Below are positions 1-8,769 of a stretch of DNA of 21,777 nucleotides, piece after piece. This DNA is from Promethearchaeota archaeon (GTDB lineage Archaea > Asgardarchaeota > Lokiarchaeia > Sigyniarchaeales > SOKP01), in assembly GCA_008080735.1 (NCBI GenBank), contig SHMW01000064.1:1-21777 (forward strand), written 5' to 3'. Numbering within the stretch: the stretch's first letter is position 1; each line of letters starts with the position of its first letter. Position numbers and translations under genes: made by a program. The notes beneath the pieces were generated by a model. It was not told the DNA's origin and did no database searches. It saw nothing but the letters and a program-made list of their open reading frames with translations.

Positions 1-2
1 CA

Positions 3-626
3 GCATTTTATGTTGTAATCGTAATTATTCGAAAGGATCTGACATATATTGGAAATAAATTATTTGTCGTGTCTTTTTTCTTGTTTGGTTTATATGGTCT
101 TGTGCTATTTCTCTATGAATTTCCCATCTCACTCTTTATCAATGAGTTTCTTATCAGAGCTTCCTTATTAATCGTGGTCATTGGGGTATTGTTCTTTGTA
201 TTGTCAATGCAAGTTTTTGCTCAAAGCTCCATGTATTTAAAAAAACCTATAGCCATTTTTCTAAGCGCTATAAGTATAGTGGTATGTGTGATAACTTTCA
301 TATTCCCTTACAACGTTTATCAGCTGTATCCTACTATTGAAGCAGATAAAAATATAATCTCTTTGCTTGCTACTGGGGTGTGGAGTTTTGCCTTGATGAT
401 ATACAATTCACTTACCCTATACAACGTGATGAAGGAATTTGATGATTCAGAAATGAAGATGAAAAGGAAACTAAATAGATTATTAATTGCACAATTGATT
501 GGTATCCTAAGCCCTACTATGAGTGTTATTGGAAATATAACTGGAAATACAATAATTCATGCATTTATGTTTGTCTTTTTGGCCATTCCAATGGTATTAG
601 TAGGGTTATTGATTAGGAAACAGTAA
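3..626 (+). CDS. Multi-pass membrane protein, 5'-truncated by the window edge
   Basis: The frame of ORF 69..626 is open back to position 3 (gca ttt tat gtt...), so the true start lies upstream. About 6-7 hydrophobic segments. No family motif recognised. Confidence 0.75.
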   Translation, partial: AFYVVIVIIRKDLTYIGNKLFVVSFFLFGLYGLVLFLYEFPISLFINEFLIRASLLIVVIGVLFFVLSMQVFAQSSMYLKKPIAIFLSAISIVVCVITFIFPYNVYQLYPTIEADKNIISLLATGVWSFALMIYNSLTLYNVMKEFDDSEMKMKRKLNRLLIAQLIGILSPTMSVIGNITGNTIIHAFMFVFLAIPMVLVGLLIRKQ

Positions 627-742
627 GAATATGTTAAACTAATGTAAAAGCTTTAGAAAATGCAATCTAATTCGTAAAATTACTAAATTTTTCGAAATTT
701 CTATCTTTTTTTCTTTATAATTGGATAGTTCATAAGATTCCT

Positions 743-1840
743 ATGGGAGTCAAACTAGATTCTATCATTAGCCGCAGAAAATTGACCTTCGAAGAGTTAA
801 AAGGGAAGATCATTGCGGTCGATGCGCCCAATATCATAATGGGGCTCCTTAATTTCAGCCATAAAAACCCTTCATTCAACTCTAGTACCGATCTGATTAT
901 GGATCGTACTCAGCGCGCTATCTCACACTTGTACGGACTTCTCTATAGGATAAAATTTTATTACTCTAAAGATATATTGCCAATTTTTTGTTTTGACGGA
1001 CGTGTACACCCACTTAAGCGGAAGATCACCAAAAATCAATTAAATGATTTCCGGTTTGCTCAAAAACGCTATAGAAACGCCATCAACAGTAATAATAAGG
1101 AGCTTGCAAGACAGATCGCCCTTTCGAAAGAATATTTTTGGCCCAACCTAATGAAAGAATCAAAAGACCTACTTCATGCTCTCGGGGTGCCCGTCGTCGA
1201 ATCGCCCGCGTCTGCAGAATCGCAATGTGCCCATTTGGTTAAAAAAGGGATCGCTCAGTTCTCAAATTCTCAAGATTTTGATTCTTTATTATTTGGATGC
1301 CCTTATCTGATACAAAACCTTTCTAAATCACGCCGTAGAAAGGTACACGGGAGATGGACCTATAATCGTATCGATCCATTACTTGTTGATCTTCAACAAA
1401 CCCTAGTAGAGCTACAAATCGATCAATTCCAACTGGTAGAGCTAGCCTTGATGCTTGAGACGGACTATTTTGAGGGGATAAAAGGAATTGGCCCGAAAAC
1501 CGCCCTTAAATTAGTCAGGAGATATAAAAGAATTGAGAATATAATCTCTGCTCAAAAGTATGAGTACGATTTTTCAGGATTAGATCACAAGTTAATTAGT
1601 GAGTTTCGCAAATTATTTTTATTGCCCGAAGTAGTAAATTCACTCGATCACCTATGTTGGAACCCCCCCAACAAATCCAGGATATTAACACTATTATGTA
1701 AAGATCATCATCTTAATCGAGAACGTGTAGAGAAACATAGAAATCAACTTAATGATAAATTCTATGAATGTCTTCAATATTTCCAATATGATTTAAACCG
1801 ACCGAAAAGCGTTCAAAAAACTCTCGATATGGTTTTATAA
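743..1840 (+). CDS. fen: Flap endonuclease-1 (FEN1/XPG family), divergent
   Basis: MGV N-terminus, AVDAxN, SHLxGLLYR, PIFCFDG, SQDFDSLLFG, TDYxxGIKGIGPKTALKL (H3TH), and C-terminal PIP-like QKTLD. Confidence 0.92.
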   Translation: MGVKLDSIISRRKLTFEELKGKIIAVDAPNIIMGLLNFSHKNPSFNSSTDLIMDRTQRAISHLYGLLYRIKFYYSKDILPIFCFDGRVHPLKRKITKNQLNDFRFAQKRYRNAINSNNKELARQIALSKEYFWPNLMKESKDLLHALGVPVVESPASAESQCAHLVKKGIAQFSNSQDFDSLLFGCPYLIQNLSKSRRRKVHGRWTYNRIDPLLVDLQQTLVELQIDQFQLVELALMLETDYFEGIKGIGPKTALKLVRRYKRIENIISAQKYEYDFSGLDHKLISEFRKLFLLPEVVNSLDHLCWNPPNKSRILTLLCKDHHLNRERVEKHRNQLNDKFYECLQYFQYDLNRPKSVQKTLDMVL

Positions 1841-1859
1841 TAGAGAAACTTCGCTATTT

Positions 1860-2489
1860 CTATTGTTTTTGATTAATCGAATGAGCCAAAAATCCACCTA
1901 TGAATGCGTGAATAATCATCCAAGGTAATCCAAAATATGCATTTCCAAGAAATGTTCCAGAATCCAAAAAAGATCCCGCACTCCACCCTTGCTTATAAAA
2001 AAATGCCAACGCAATGACAATGAGCCCAAAATAGACTAATGATTGAACCACTCCTGTTAAAGAGGACACATATACCTTTCTTAATCGTGTCTTCTTATCT
2101 AATACTCTAAAGGATACATCCGCAGAGAGACCCGTAAGTAGTCCAAATACACAATATCCAACAACAGACCAAATGCTAATTAAGGCATCATTTAAGATCA
2201 ACTCGAAATAGCTCTCTACGAAAAATCCGATAATCGCATATGGAGTCCATAGGAGAAATCCAATCCCAAATACTTGTGTTTTTAATATAAGATACACCGA
2301 TATGAAGCTGGTAAATAATGAGATCATATATACATAAAACATTGCAAGTCCATAATACGGTTCAAGCACTCCAAAAGGTTGAGTGAGTGAGCCCGCAAAG
2401 AAGTCCCAAAAAAAAATCGAGAAATTCAATAAAACCATCAAACAAAAGCTGCCAATTGCCCAAAATAGGAGTATTTTTTTTCTTTTCAT
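1860..2489 (-). CDS. Integral membrane protein (~6 TM), possibly ECF S-component-like
   Basis: 209 aa, ATG start, Gly-rich hydrophobic helices. The size and the GLxAD segment are reminiscent of S-components (weak). Confidence 0.7.
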   Translation of the reverse strand: MKRKKILLFWAIGSFCLMVLLNFSIFFWDFFAGSLTQPFGVLEPYYGLAMFYVYMISLFTSFISVYLILKTQVFGIGFLLWTPYAIIGFFVESYFELILNDALISIWSVVGYCVFGLLTGLSADVSFRVLDKKTRLRKVYVSSLTGVVQSLVYFGLIVIALAFFYKQGWSAGSFLDSGTFLGNAYFGLPWMIIHAFIGGFLAHSINQKQ

Positions 2490-2663
2490 ACTATGTTAAA
2501 CACCTATATCGTTAAGAACATATATAAATGATTTTCCAATTTAGTGGAAAAATAGATATTTTTGTATATAAAGTTTAAATAGTCCATTTCTAGAAATTAT
2601 TGTTTTGCAGACTTTTTGTTTAAATACTTTTACTGTATCATCTCTTCAAATATTAATTGCGAA

Positions 2664-3284
2664 ATGAAAATAGCTATGACAAAAGTATTTAATATTGCAA
2701 TTAAACAAAAGAGCCAAGATGAGCTGAAATATTCACTTTATTACAATTTCGCGATAGAAAAGGTTTTAAGGTGTGTTTTTCAAACCTTATGCTTCGTAAA
2801 GGATGCTAAAGAAAAAATACTAGTGAGTGGCTTTTCCAGTCAAATTTATCGAGAAATCTCGCAAGAAACGTATATTCAAGAATTTCTCGTGAAAAGTATT
2901 ATTGAAAAGTTTTTACAAGAGCTCCAAAACTTCCGTAAATTTTGGAAATATTGTAATATCAAATGGAATCATAAAAAAGAACGTGTGTTTGCGAAAGTTC
3001 GAATTTATCTTCATAAACTCCATCGAATCGCGCCTGTATTTGACTACCGACGTGCCTGTATAAATCTCAATATATTTCATAAATTTCTAAGAATGGAGCA
3101 CTTTTGGCCTCAGATTTCTACTCAGTTGGCGATTATAATTTACATAACCGATTTAAATGACACCGAGCATGAGGGTCGATTAAGAATTCAAAATATCAGA
3201 ATGCTGATGAATTCATCTGCTTATGCATTTTACGGTATTAGAAAGCGACTAATCGAAAAAGGGGTGCTGTCTATTAATGAGTGA
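2664..3284 (+). CDS. Hypothetical protein; C-terminus resembles a TFIIB/cyclin-type helical repeat
   Basis: Long ORF, ATG at 2664 (or 2676) preferred over TTG 2616. Its stop overlaps the rpa start (ATGAGTGA). C-terminal PQISTQLAIIIYI...IRMLMNSSAYAFYGIRKRL loosely follows the TFB PxxlAAaxlYia...iaxvxxvsxxtirxryxxL pattern. Confidence 0.65.
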   Translation: MKIAMTKVFNIAIKQKSQDELKYSLYYNFAIEKVLRCVFQTLCFVKDAKEKILVSGFSSQIYREISQETYIQEFLVKSIIEKFLQELQNFRKFWKYCNIKWNHKKERVFAKVRIYLHKLHRIAPVFDYRRACINLNIFHKFLRMEHFWPQISTQLAIIIYITDLNDTEHEGRLRIQNIRMLMNSSAYAFYGIRKRLIEKGVLSINE

Positions 3285-4212
3285 AACGCAAGAGGTATTA
3301 CAAAAGCTCACTGAGGCAGGGCTATCTGAAGAGGATTTAAAAGAAGAAATCAAGCGAAAAGAACGCGAATTTCGGGGATTTATAACCACGCAAGGTGCGC
3401 TCTTTCTGATCGCCAAAGAACATGGAATTGAAATCTACTCTCATGATATTGATCCCGAACTTTATGAGGAGGTTCAACGAGATATCGATTATAACGAGTT
3501 TACTATCCCCATCTCTGATCTTAGAGAAGGCCTTTCGAATATTGTACTACTCGGCAAAATCAGCCGTATTTTTCCCATTAGAGAGTTTATCCGTAAAGAT
3601 GGGACGCCTGGAATCGTCGGTTCATTCTTACTCACCGATACTTGGGGCACTACTAAGATAATACTATGGGACCACCATACTAAAATAATGCAGACTGAAT
3701 TTTTCACCATTGGTACGATTCTAAGAGTAATCAACGGCTATTGTAAAAAAGGATTAAAGGAACGCTTAGAAGTGCATTTGTCTAAACAAGGAAAAGTACA
3801 AATAGAACCTGAAGATATTCCCAGCAAGACCAAAAAAGGCTTAGAGGAGATCGAAATAAAAATGGTAGACGCAGGAGGACAATCCTTAGATAAAAATCTT
3901 GTAGAAATGAAAATAGAGGATCTCTTTAACACGAATGGATTTGTAAAGTCAATTTCAGGTGTAATCAAGATAAAGGAGCTTAAAGAGTTTAAGAAGGAAA
4001 ATGGCGAAAGATCGTTTTTGCTGAAATTTCTATTAATTGATCAGACTAATTCCATTAATGTAGCGGTGTGGGGCATGCAAGCAATAAATATTCTTCGAAT
4101 TATCGAAAATGGAATGAGTGTGAAGCTCATTAATATCTTTGTAGATGAAAATGAATTTGAGAAGAGGAAAGAGATCCATTTTACCAAAAAATCTATCTTA
4201 GAGATTATTTAA
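3277..4212 (+). CDS. rpa: Replication protein A-like ssDNA-binding protein (N-terminal helical domain plus two OB folds)
   Basis: N-terminal EEIKRKEREFRGFITTQGALFLIAKEHGI, typical of archaeal RPA N-termini. OB1: ISDLREGLSNIVLLGKISRIFPIREFIRKDGTPGIVGSFLLTDTWGTTKIILWD. OB2: KEFKKENGERSFLLKFLLIDQTNSINVAVWG. Confidence 0.88.
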   Translation: MSETQEVLQKLTEAGLSEEDLKEEIKRKEREFRGFITTQGALFLIAKEHGIEIYSHDIDPELYEEVQRDIDYNEFTIPISDLREGLSNIVLLGKISRIFPIREFIRKDGTPGIVGSFLLTDTWGTTKIILWDHHTKIMQTEFFTIGTILRVINGYCKKGLKERLEVHLSKQGKVQIEPEDIPSKTKKGLEEIEIKMVDAGGQSLDKNLVEMKIEDLFNTNGFVKSISGVIKIKELKEFKKENGERSFLLKFLLIDQTNSINVAVWGMQAINILRIIENGMSVKLINIFVDENEFEKRKEIHFTKKSILEII

Positions 4213-4275
4213 AACACTTTTTGCAACGTCATATGTAAACAATTAATCAATATGTTCTAGTTCTGATGGGTTTTC

Positions 4276-5316
4276 CTACACTTGAATTATTTTTTTCGCG
4301 GCTTTTCTTAATCGATTCATAATCGCTAATCCTAACCGTTTTTCTTTTACCCCTTCCATAATAATAATATCCATATCTTTATTATCGAATTTCCGAAATG
4401 TCTTGAAGATGTTTTTCGCTATAGTCTCAAGATCGCTTCCTATAAACTCAACTGTATCTGCTTGATATTGATGCTTTTGGTTAATCGTAATGATACCGAC
4501 CTTATAGCCTTTTTTTTCAAAATTGGTTGCGATTTCTTGGACCTTCAATTCTATCCTATCAGACTTACCTTCGACTAAGAAAACATCTGCTTTGGGGGAA
4601 TAATGCCTGTATTTCATTCCTGGAGATTTAGCTGCTGCGATTTTTTCATCTGGGTTATATTTCGATTTTTCTATATTATTTTTTCCTAAGATTTTTTGTA
4701 AATCCTCGAACGTGACGCCACCTGGTCTTAATAATGTTATTGGGGTTGTAGTCAAATCGATAACTGTCGATTCAACACCAATATTTGTCTCACCACCGTC
4801 AATGATAGCATCAATCATTCCATTTAAATCATTTATCACATGTTTCGCGGAGGTTGGGCTAGGTCTTGTTGATATATTAGCAGACGGGGCTGCAATGGGT
4901 ACTTTAGACTCATTAATTAAGGACAACGCGATTTTATTTGAAGGCATACGAATTGCCACTGTCTCGAGTCCCGCATTTACAATCTTCGGAACTATGGAAG
5001 ATTTTTGTAATACTATGGTTAGAGGTCCCGGCCAAAAGTTTTCAATTAGCACTTCTACCTTTTGAGGTATGTTTTTTGCCAGCTTTTCCAATTCTAACTT
5101 ATCTCCAATATGTATTATTAGAGGATTGTCGGGAGGTCTTCCTTTTACTTTAAAGATCTTTTCCACTGCACGAGGACTTAACGCATCGGCTCCAAGCCCG
5201 TACACAGTTTCAGTAGGGAAGGCAACTAATCCGCCATCTCGTAATATTTTTGCTGCCTTTTGTATTTTATTCAAGTCGATAGATACAGGATCGACTCTTA
5301 ATATTTCAGTTTTCAA
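4276..5316 (-). CDS. sua5: L-threonylcarbamoyladenylate synthase Sua5 (TsaC2, with C-terminal Sua5 domain)
   Basis: VAFPTETVYGLGA, KGRPPDNPLIIH, FWPGPLT, VAIRMP, APSAN, GVESTV, SPGMKYRHYSP, AIMNRLRKAA. Probable TTG start at 5316 behind an AGGTG SD (ORF open to 5352). Confidence 0.97.
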   Translation of the reverse strand: MKTEILRVDPVSIDLNKIQKAAKILRDGGLVAFPTETVYGLGADALSPRAVEKIFKVKGRPPDNPLIIHIGDKLELEKLAKNIPQKVEVLIENFWPGPLTIVLQKSSIVPKIVNAGLETVAIRMPSNKIALSLINESKVPIAAPSANISTRPSPTSAKHVINDLNGMIDAIIDGGETNIGVESTVIDLTTTPITLLRPGGVTFEDLQKILGKNNIEKSKYNPDEKIAAAKSPGMKYRHYSPKADVFLVEGKSDRIELKVQEIATNFEKKGYKVGIITINQKHQYQADTVEFIGSDLETIAKNIFKTFRKFDNKDMDIIIMEGVKEKRLGLAIMNRLRKAAKKIIQV

Positions 5317-5633
5317 AATAACACCTAAGAGAGAATAAAATTCTACGTTCAATCTGCAAAGCTCTAGGATATAATAGTAAATCGAAAAATAAAGCTATTT
5401 CGATTGGGTCTTCACAATTTTTTAGGAGCTTTTGTTAACTTCGATTTTTCCCAAGAACATTTTCCCTTTATCTGAAAAGCAATAATCTGAAGGCTCCTAT
5501 AGTTTAATCAATAAATTCAATTTTAACATATTCTATGATTAATTGGTTAATTAAGCGAAGTAGAAATTTTTTCCTTTATATATTCCTATTCTCTTTTTGT
5601 CGTAATTAAACTGAAAATGAAAAACTTACATAT

Positions 5634-6182
5634 ATGACTATAAGCATACCCAAGGTATTATATAAGAACAGTATTAGCAGCATTCTTGACGAGATAAGGA
5701 GCTCTTACGGTACACTAACCCGAAGAGGTTATATCTATGGACTCATCGCAGTTGATCAAGACGCAAAAATCATCGCGGTGGATTCACGATTCGATCGGAG
5801 TTTGAATTATTGGGATCTCTCCTCCATCGGTGCTGCTCTCTACGGAGTTGCACGGCAAGGTCAAGATTTTTTCGACGCCGACTACTTGGATCGGGCTTCC
5901 ATCATTTATAATAACCTACGATTATTTGTCAAATCCATCACCAATGTCCAGCTAAATCCACAAGAAAAGCGTGAAATTCTCATAATATTACTTAGCGACA
6001 ATCAAGTCAATATTGGTGTAGCAGTGCTCCAGATGGAACGATTTGCGATGAAGATTAAGACGCAAATCGAAAGCTCGGGCTCCATCAAGAACACACTCAA
6101 AATGAACGAAAGAGAATTGAAAGAACATATTAAAACCTTGAAAAGCGAGATATTCGGCAATAAAATCAGCTCTATTGAGTAA
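5634..6182 (+). CDS. mglB: Roadblock/LC7-domain protein, MglB-like
   Basis: LIAVDQDAKIIA...LSSIGAALYGVARQ...LIILLSDNQVNIGVAVLQM matches the roadblock pattern. Lies directly upstream of an MglA-like GTPase. Confidence 0.8.
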   Translation: MTISIPKVLYKNSISSILDEIRSSYGTLTRRGYIYGLIAVDQDAKIIAVDSRFDRSLNYWDLSSIGAALYGVARQGQDFFDADYLDRASIIYNNLRLFVKSITNVQLNPQEKREILIILLSDNQVNIGVAVLQMERFAMKIKTQIESSGSIKNTLKMNERELKEHIKTLKSEIFGNKISSIE

Positions 6183-6190
6183 GGAGGTGA
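6182..6190 (+). promoter_or_regulatory. Shine-Dalgarno site AGGAGGTGA for the mglA-like gene
   Basis: Abuts the mglB stop and lies 11 nt before the in-frame ATG at 6202. Confidence 0.6.
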
Positions 6191-6201
6191 GACATTTAAC
6201 A

Positions 6202-6855
6202 ATGCTAAAAAATGAGATAGAGGATGATCATGTAAACGATATTCAACGGAACGCAGGCGGCATGATTCTCGGCAATATGATCCAACTCAAGATCGTGTAT
6301 TGGGGTCCTGGAGAGTCTGGTAAGACCACCAACTTTCTACGTCTCAAGGAAAAGTTCGACAGCAGACGTATCACCCGCGGATATTCCATCGAAACTAACG
6401 ACGGCAGGACTTTATGGCAAGATTCAATGTTCCTCTCATTCGATGCCAGTATCAATAAAAGAAATTATTCCATCATCGTCCATGTGGTCACATGCACAGG
6501 GCAAGAGCGATTTCTCTCTACAAGGGAATATGTGTTAGAAGGTGCGGATGGGATTATGTTTGTCGCAGATTCACAGCCAGAATTATTAGAGCAGAATAAA
6601 CGGAGTTTTCGGGAGCTGCTTAGTTTCGCTAGCCCTCGGCGTATCCCTTATATCATTCAATTGAATAAGCGGGATATCGAAGAAAAAGTAAGTATAACCG
6701 AATTCAAGCGGCAATTGGGGCTTCCAAGTGAAAATCAATATGCTGATGGGACCTTAGTGGTATATCCAGTTATCGCGCTCACGGGGCAAAACGTAGCAGA
6801 AACCTTCCGAGACCTTTTAGGGCAAGTTCTCTTCAATGTATTTAATTTTTCTTAG
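6202..6855 (+). CDS. mglA: Small Ras-superfamily GTPase, MglA family
   Basis: KIVYWGPGESGKTTN (G1), GRTL (MglA intrinsic Arg finger), TCTGQ (MglA-type TxxGQ instead of DxxG), GADGIMFVADSQ, NKRD (G4), IALTG (G5). Confidence 0.9.
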   Translation: MLKNEIEDDHVNDIQRNAGGMILGNMIQLKIVYWGPGESGKTTNFLRLKEKFDSRRITRGYSIETNDGRTLWQDSMFLSFDASINKRNYSIIVHVVTCTGQERFLSTREYVLEGADGIMFVADSQPELLEQNKRSFRELLSFASPRRIPYIIQLNKRDIEEKVSITEFKRQLGLPSENQYADGTLVVYPVIALTGQNVAETFRDLLGQVLFNVFNFS

Positions 6856-7094
6856 TTATTTTTCTTTTTATACCAGATTCTATTTTCTTGTAACTCATGG
6901 TCTTGGCGAATCCCTATCTTACTCAATTCTTCATTTAGCTTTTTCTGATCTACAATCCCATTAGTATCAGTAAGCGTTTTGAGAACTCTTTTTCCGCGGA
7001 TACAGTTCAACCACCAATCTACTGATGGTTCTACTTCAAATCCTTCTTTTAATTCCTTTAAGTTGCTAAGAACTTCCTCCACCTTAATTTCCAT
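6852..7094 (-). CDS. Small hypothetical protein (80 aa)
   Basis: ATG start preceded by GAGTGATGGT. Protein-like composition. Fills the gap convergent with mglA (4-nt overlap). Confidence 0.6.
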   Translation of the reverse strand: MEIKVEEVLSNLKELKEGFEVEPSVDWWLNCIRGKRVLKTLTDTNGIVDQKKLNEELSKIGIRQDHELQENRIWYKKKNN

Positions 7095-7244
7095 ACCATC
7101 ACTCTTTTCCTATTTTCATAAATACGATTTTTTTGAAATATTATCTTATAGGCAATCATAACCGTTAAGTTTAAAATATTGCCAAAATCCCAAACTTAAA
7201 ACTAAAAATTTTTTCTTTTTATACTCATATATTCTTTTAAAGCT

Positions 7245-8498
7245 ATGGACACCGAATACGATTTTCTCACACCTGAGTTCTTGCACTTGATATTTTTTAA
7301 GCAGAAAAATATCGTGATATTTCCGCATGTTGACCTTAAGCACCTCAGGGTGCTGGAAGCCTTCACGGTCGGCTATAATCTCATCGATCTTGAAGCCACT
7401 GCACTTTATAATATCCGCGAGATGGTAAGAAGTGACGCAGAATCCTATTCCCAAACGCCGAATTACCATCTCATCTACAACCTGGATAAAGAGAAAGCAA
7501 AGCAGCTGTTGGATCTTGAAAATGCCCACATGATATTAAATGTTAACCAGAATTGTTCTGATCTCATTGATTTTGCCCACGAAAGCTTCATCTTTTATAA
7601 TAAGAAGAGCGCGAAATTTCTCAATTACGAGTTCACTCAAACGGATCTGAAAATGGAAAAAATAATACTCAGCCTCGCCAAGACGTATGAAATGATCCGA
7701 GAGAAGCTCCAAGGGATCAAAAGTACTGCCACCAAAATCTATTCGACTTTGATGAATAATCCCGAATCTTTTGACATTGATAGACTCATAAATGCTTATA
7801 CATTAACAGAACAAGAGAGCCTCATCGAATTTACGGAAAATTATTATGATATCATCATCCCAGACGACGATGGAATTGAAAATGAACAAGAAAAAGATTC
7901 CATTTCAAGAGAGAGCCGAGCCTATGGAAACACCAACCAAAACCGAGAAGAGTCAATTCCTAAGTCTATGGGTATGGCAACTCGCGCACTTGATTTCTCT
8001 GATGATTTTGAAATAATTAAAAATCAGAATAAACATATTTTTCGGGTATTTCTTCACGAGCTTGATGAATATCGCCAAAAAGAGATAAATAATAGTAATT
8101 TAGATCTTAACCAATTTTTCGTGCCAAATGATCTCTATAATTATTTACGGCGTCATCATTGGTCTGAAGGAATTCCAGAAAGTTTTTTGAATCAATGGAA
8201 AGCGGCCCTGAATAGAAATGGGGGCCTATCTCAAGAGGAACTATTGGATTTCGAGAATATTCTTCGGGGGTTGGATATCAAAAATGACCTTATTCATCAA
8301 ATAATTGATGGCAGTGAGTCGAAAATACAAAAAATCAATGAAAGAAGTAATAATAATGCTTTACCCAGTCAGCTAAATGAAAATGACCAAAATTTGGGAG
8401 ATTATGAAATTCCTCCAGTCTCAGATTTCGCTCGTTTTAAAGCATGGATGATAAATACATTAGATGCCATTGAGAAAAAATTGAAAAATTCAACATAA
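7245..8498 (+). CDS. Hypothetical protein (417 aa)
   Basis: Long ORF with ATG. Globular N- and C-terminal parts joined by acidic/Asn-rich linkers. No motif recognised. Confidence 0.8.
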   Translation: MDTEYDFLTPEFLHLIFFKQKNIVIFPHVDLKHLRVLEAFTVGYNLIDLEATALYNIREMVRSDAESYSQTPNYHLIYNLDKEKAKQLLDLENAHMILNVNQNCSDLIDFAHESFIFYNKKSAKFLNYEFTQTDLKMEKIILSLAKTYEMIREKLQGIKSTATKIYSTLMNNPESFDIDRLINAYTLTEQESLIEFTENYYDIIIPDDDGIENEQEKDSISRESRAYGNTNQNREESIPKSMGMATRALDFSDDFEIIKNQNKHIFRVFLHELDEYRQKEINNSNLDLNQFFVPNDLYNYLRRHHWSEGIPESFLNQWKAALNRNGGLSQEELLDFENILRGLDIKNDLIHQIIDGSESKIQKINERSNNNALPSQLNENDQNLGDYEIPPVSDFARFKAWMINTLDAIEKKLKNST

Positions 8499-8738
8499 TA
8501 TTTAGAAGGAAACTTATATGGGTTTATACCATAAAGGAGAAGGTTAGCACAAAATGATGAAATGGTGCTACAAATAAGGAAGGTAAACAGAATCATCAAC
8601 AAAAAGAACAAATGCATTCTCATGAGTCCTTTGTTTTAATTCACTGATAATTAATTGTGTAAAGACATGAGATATTTCTTCTAAATTAGTTTTTCATCCG
8701 TTATACTAAAAAATTTTCTCTTGGACAAAAATGATTAA

Positions 8739-8746
8739 TTTAAATA
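8739..8746 (+). promoter_or_regulatory. Candidate TATA box (TTTAAATA) for the structured element at 8770
   Basis: Centre ~27 nt upstream of G8770, with purine-rich BRE-like sequence upstream. The AT-rich background lowers specificity. Confidence 0.4.
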
Positions 8747-8769
8747 AGGGTAAAATAATATTAAGTATA

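Noticed and set aside
8402-8623. 73-aa minus-strand ORF with a hydrophobic N-terminus (possible small membrane peptide or toxin)
   Set aside because: Overlaps the 417-aa gene by 97 nt. The hydrophobicity is explained by T-rich codons antisense to A-rich DNA, and there is no motif. Not fully excluded.
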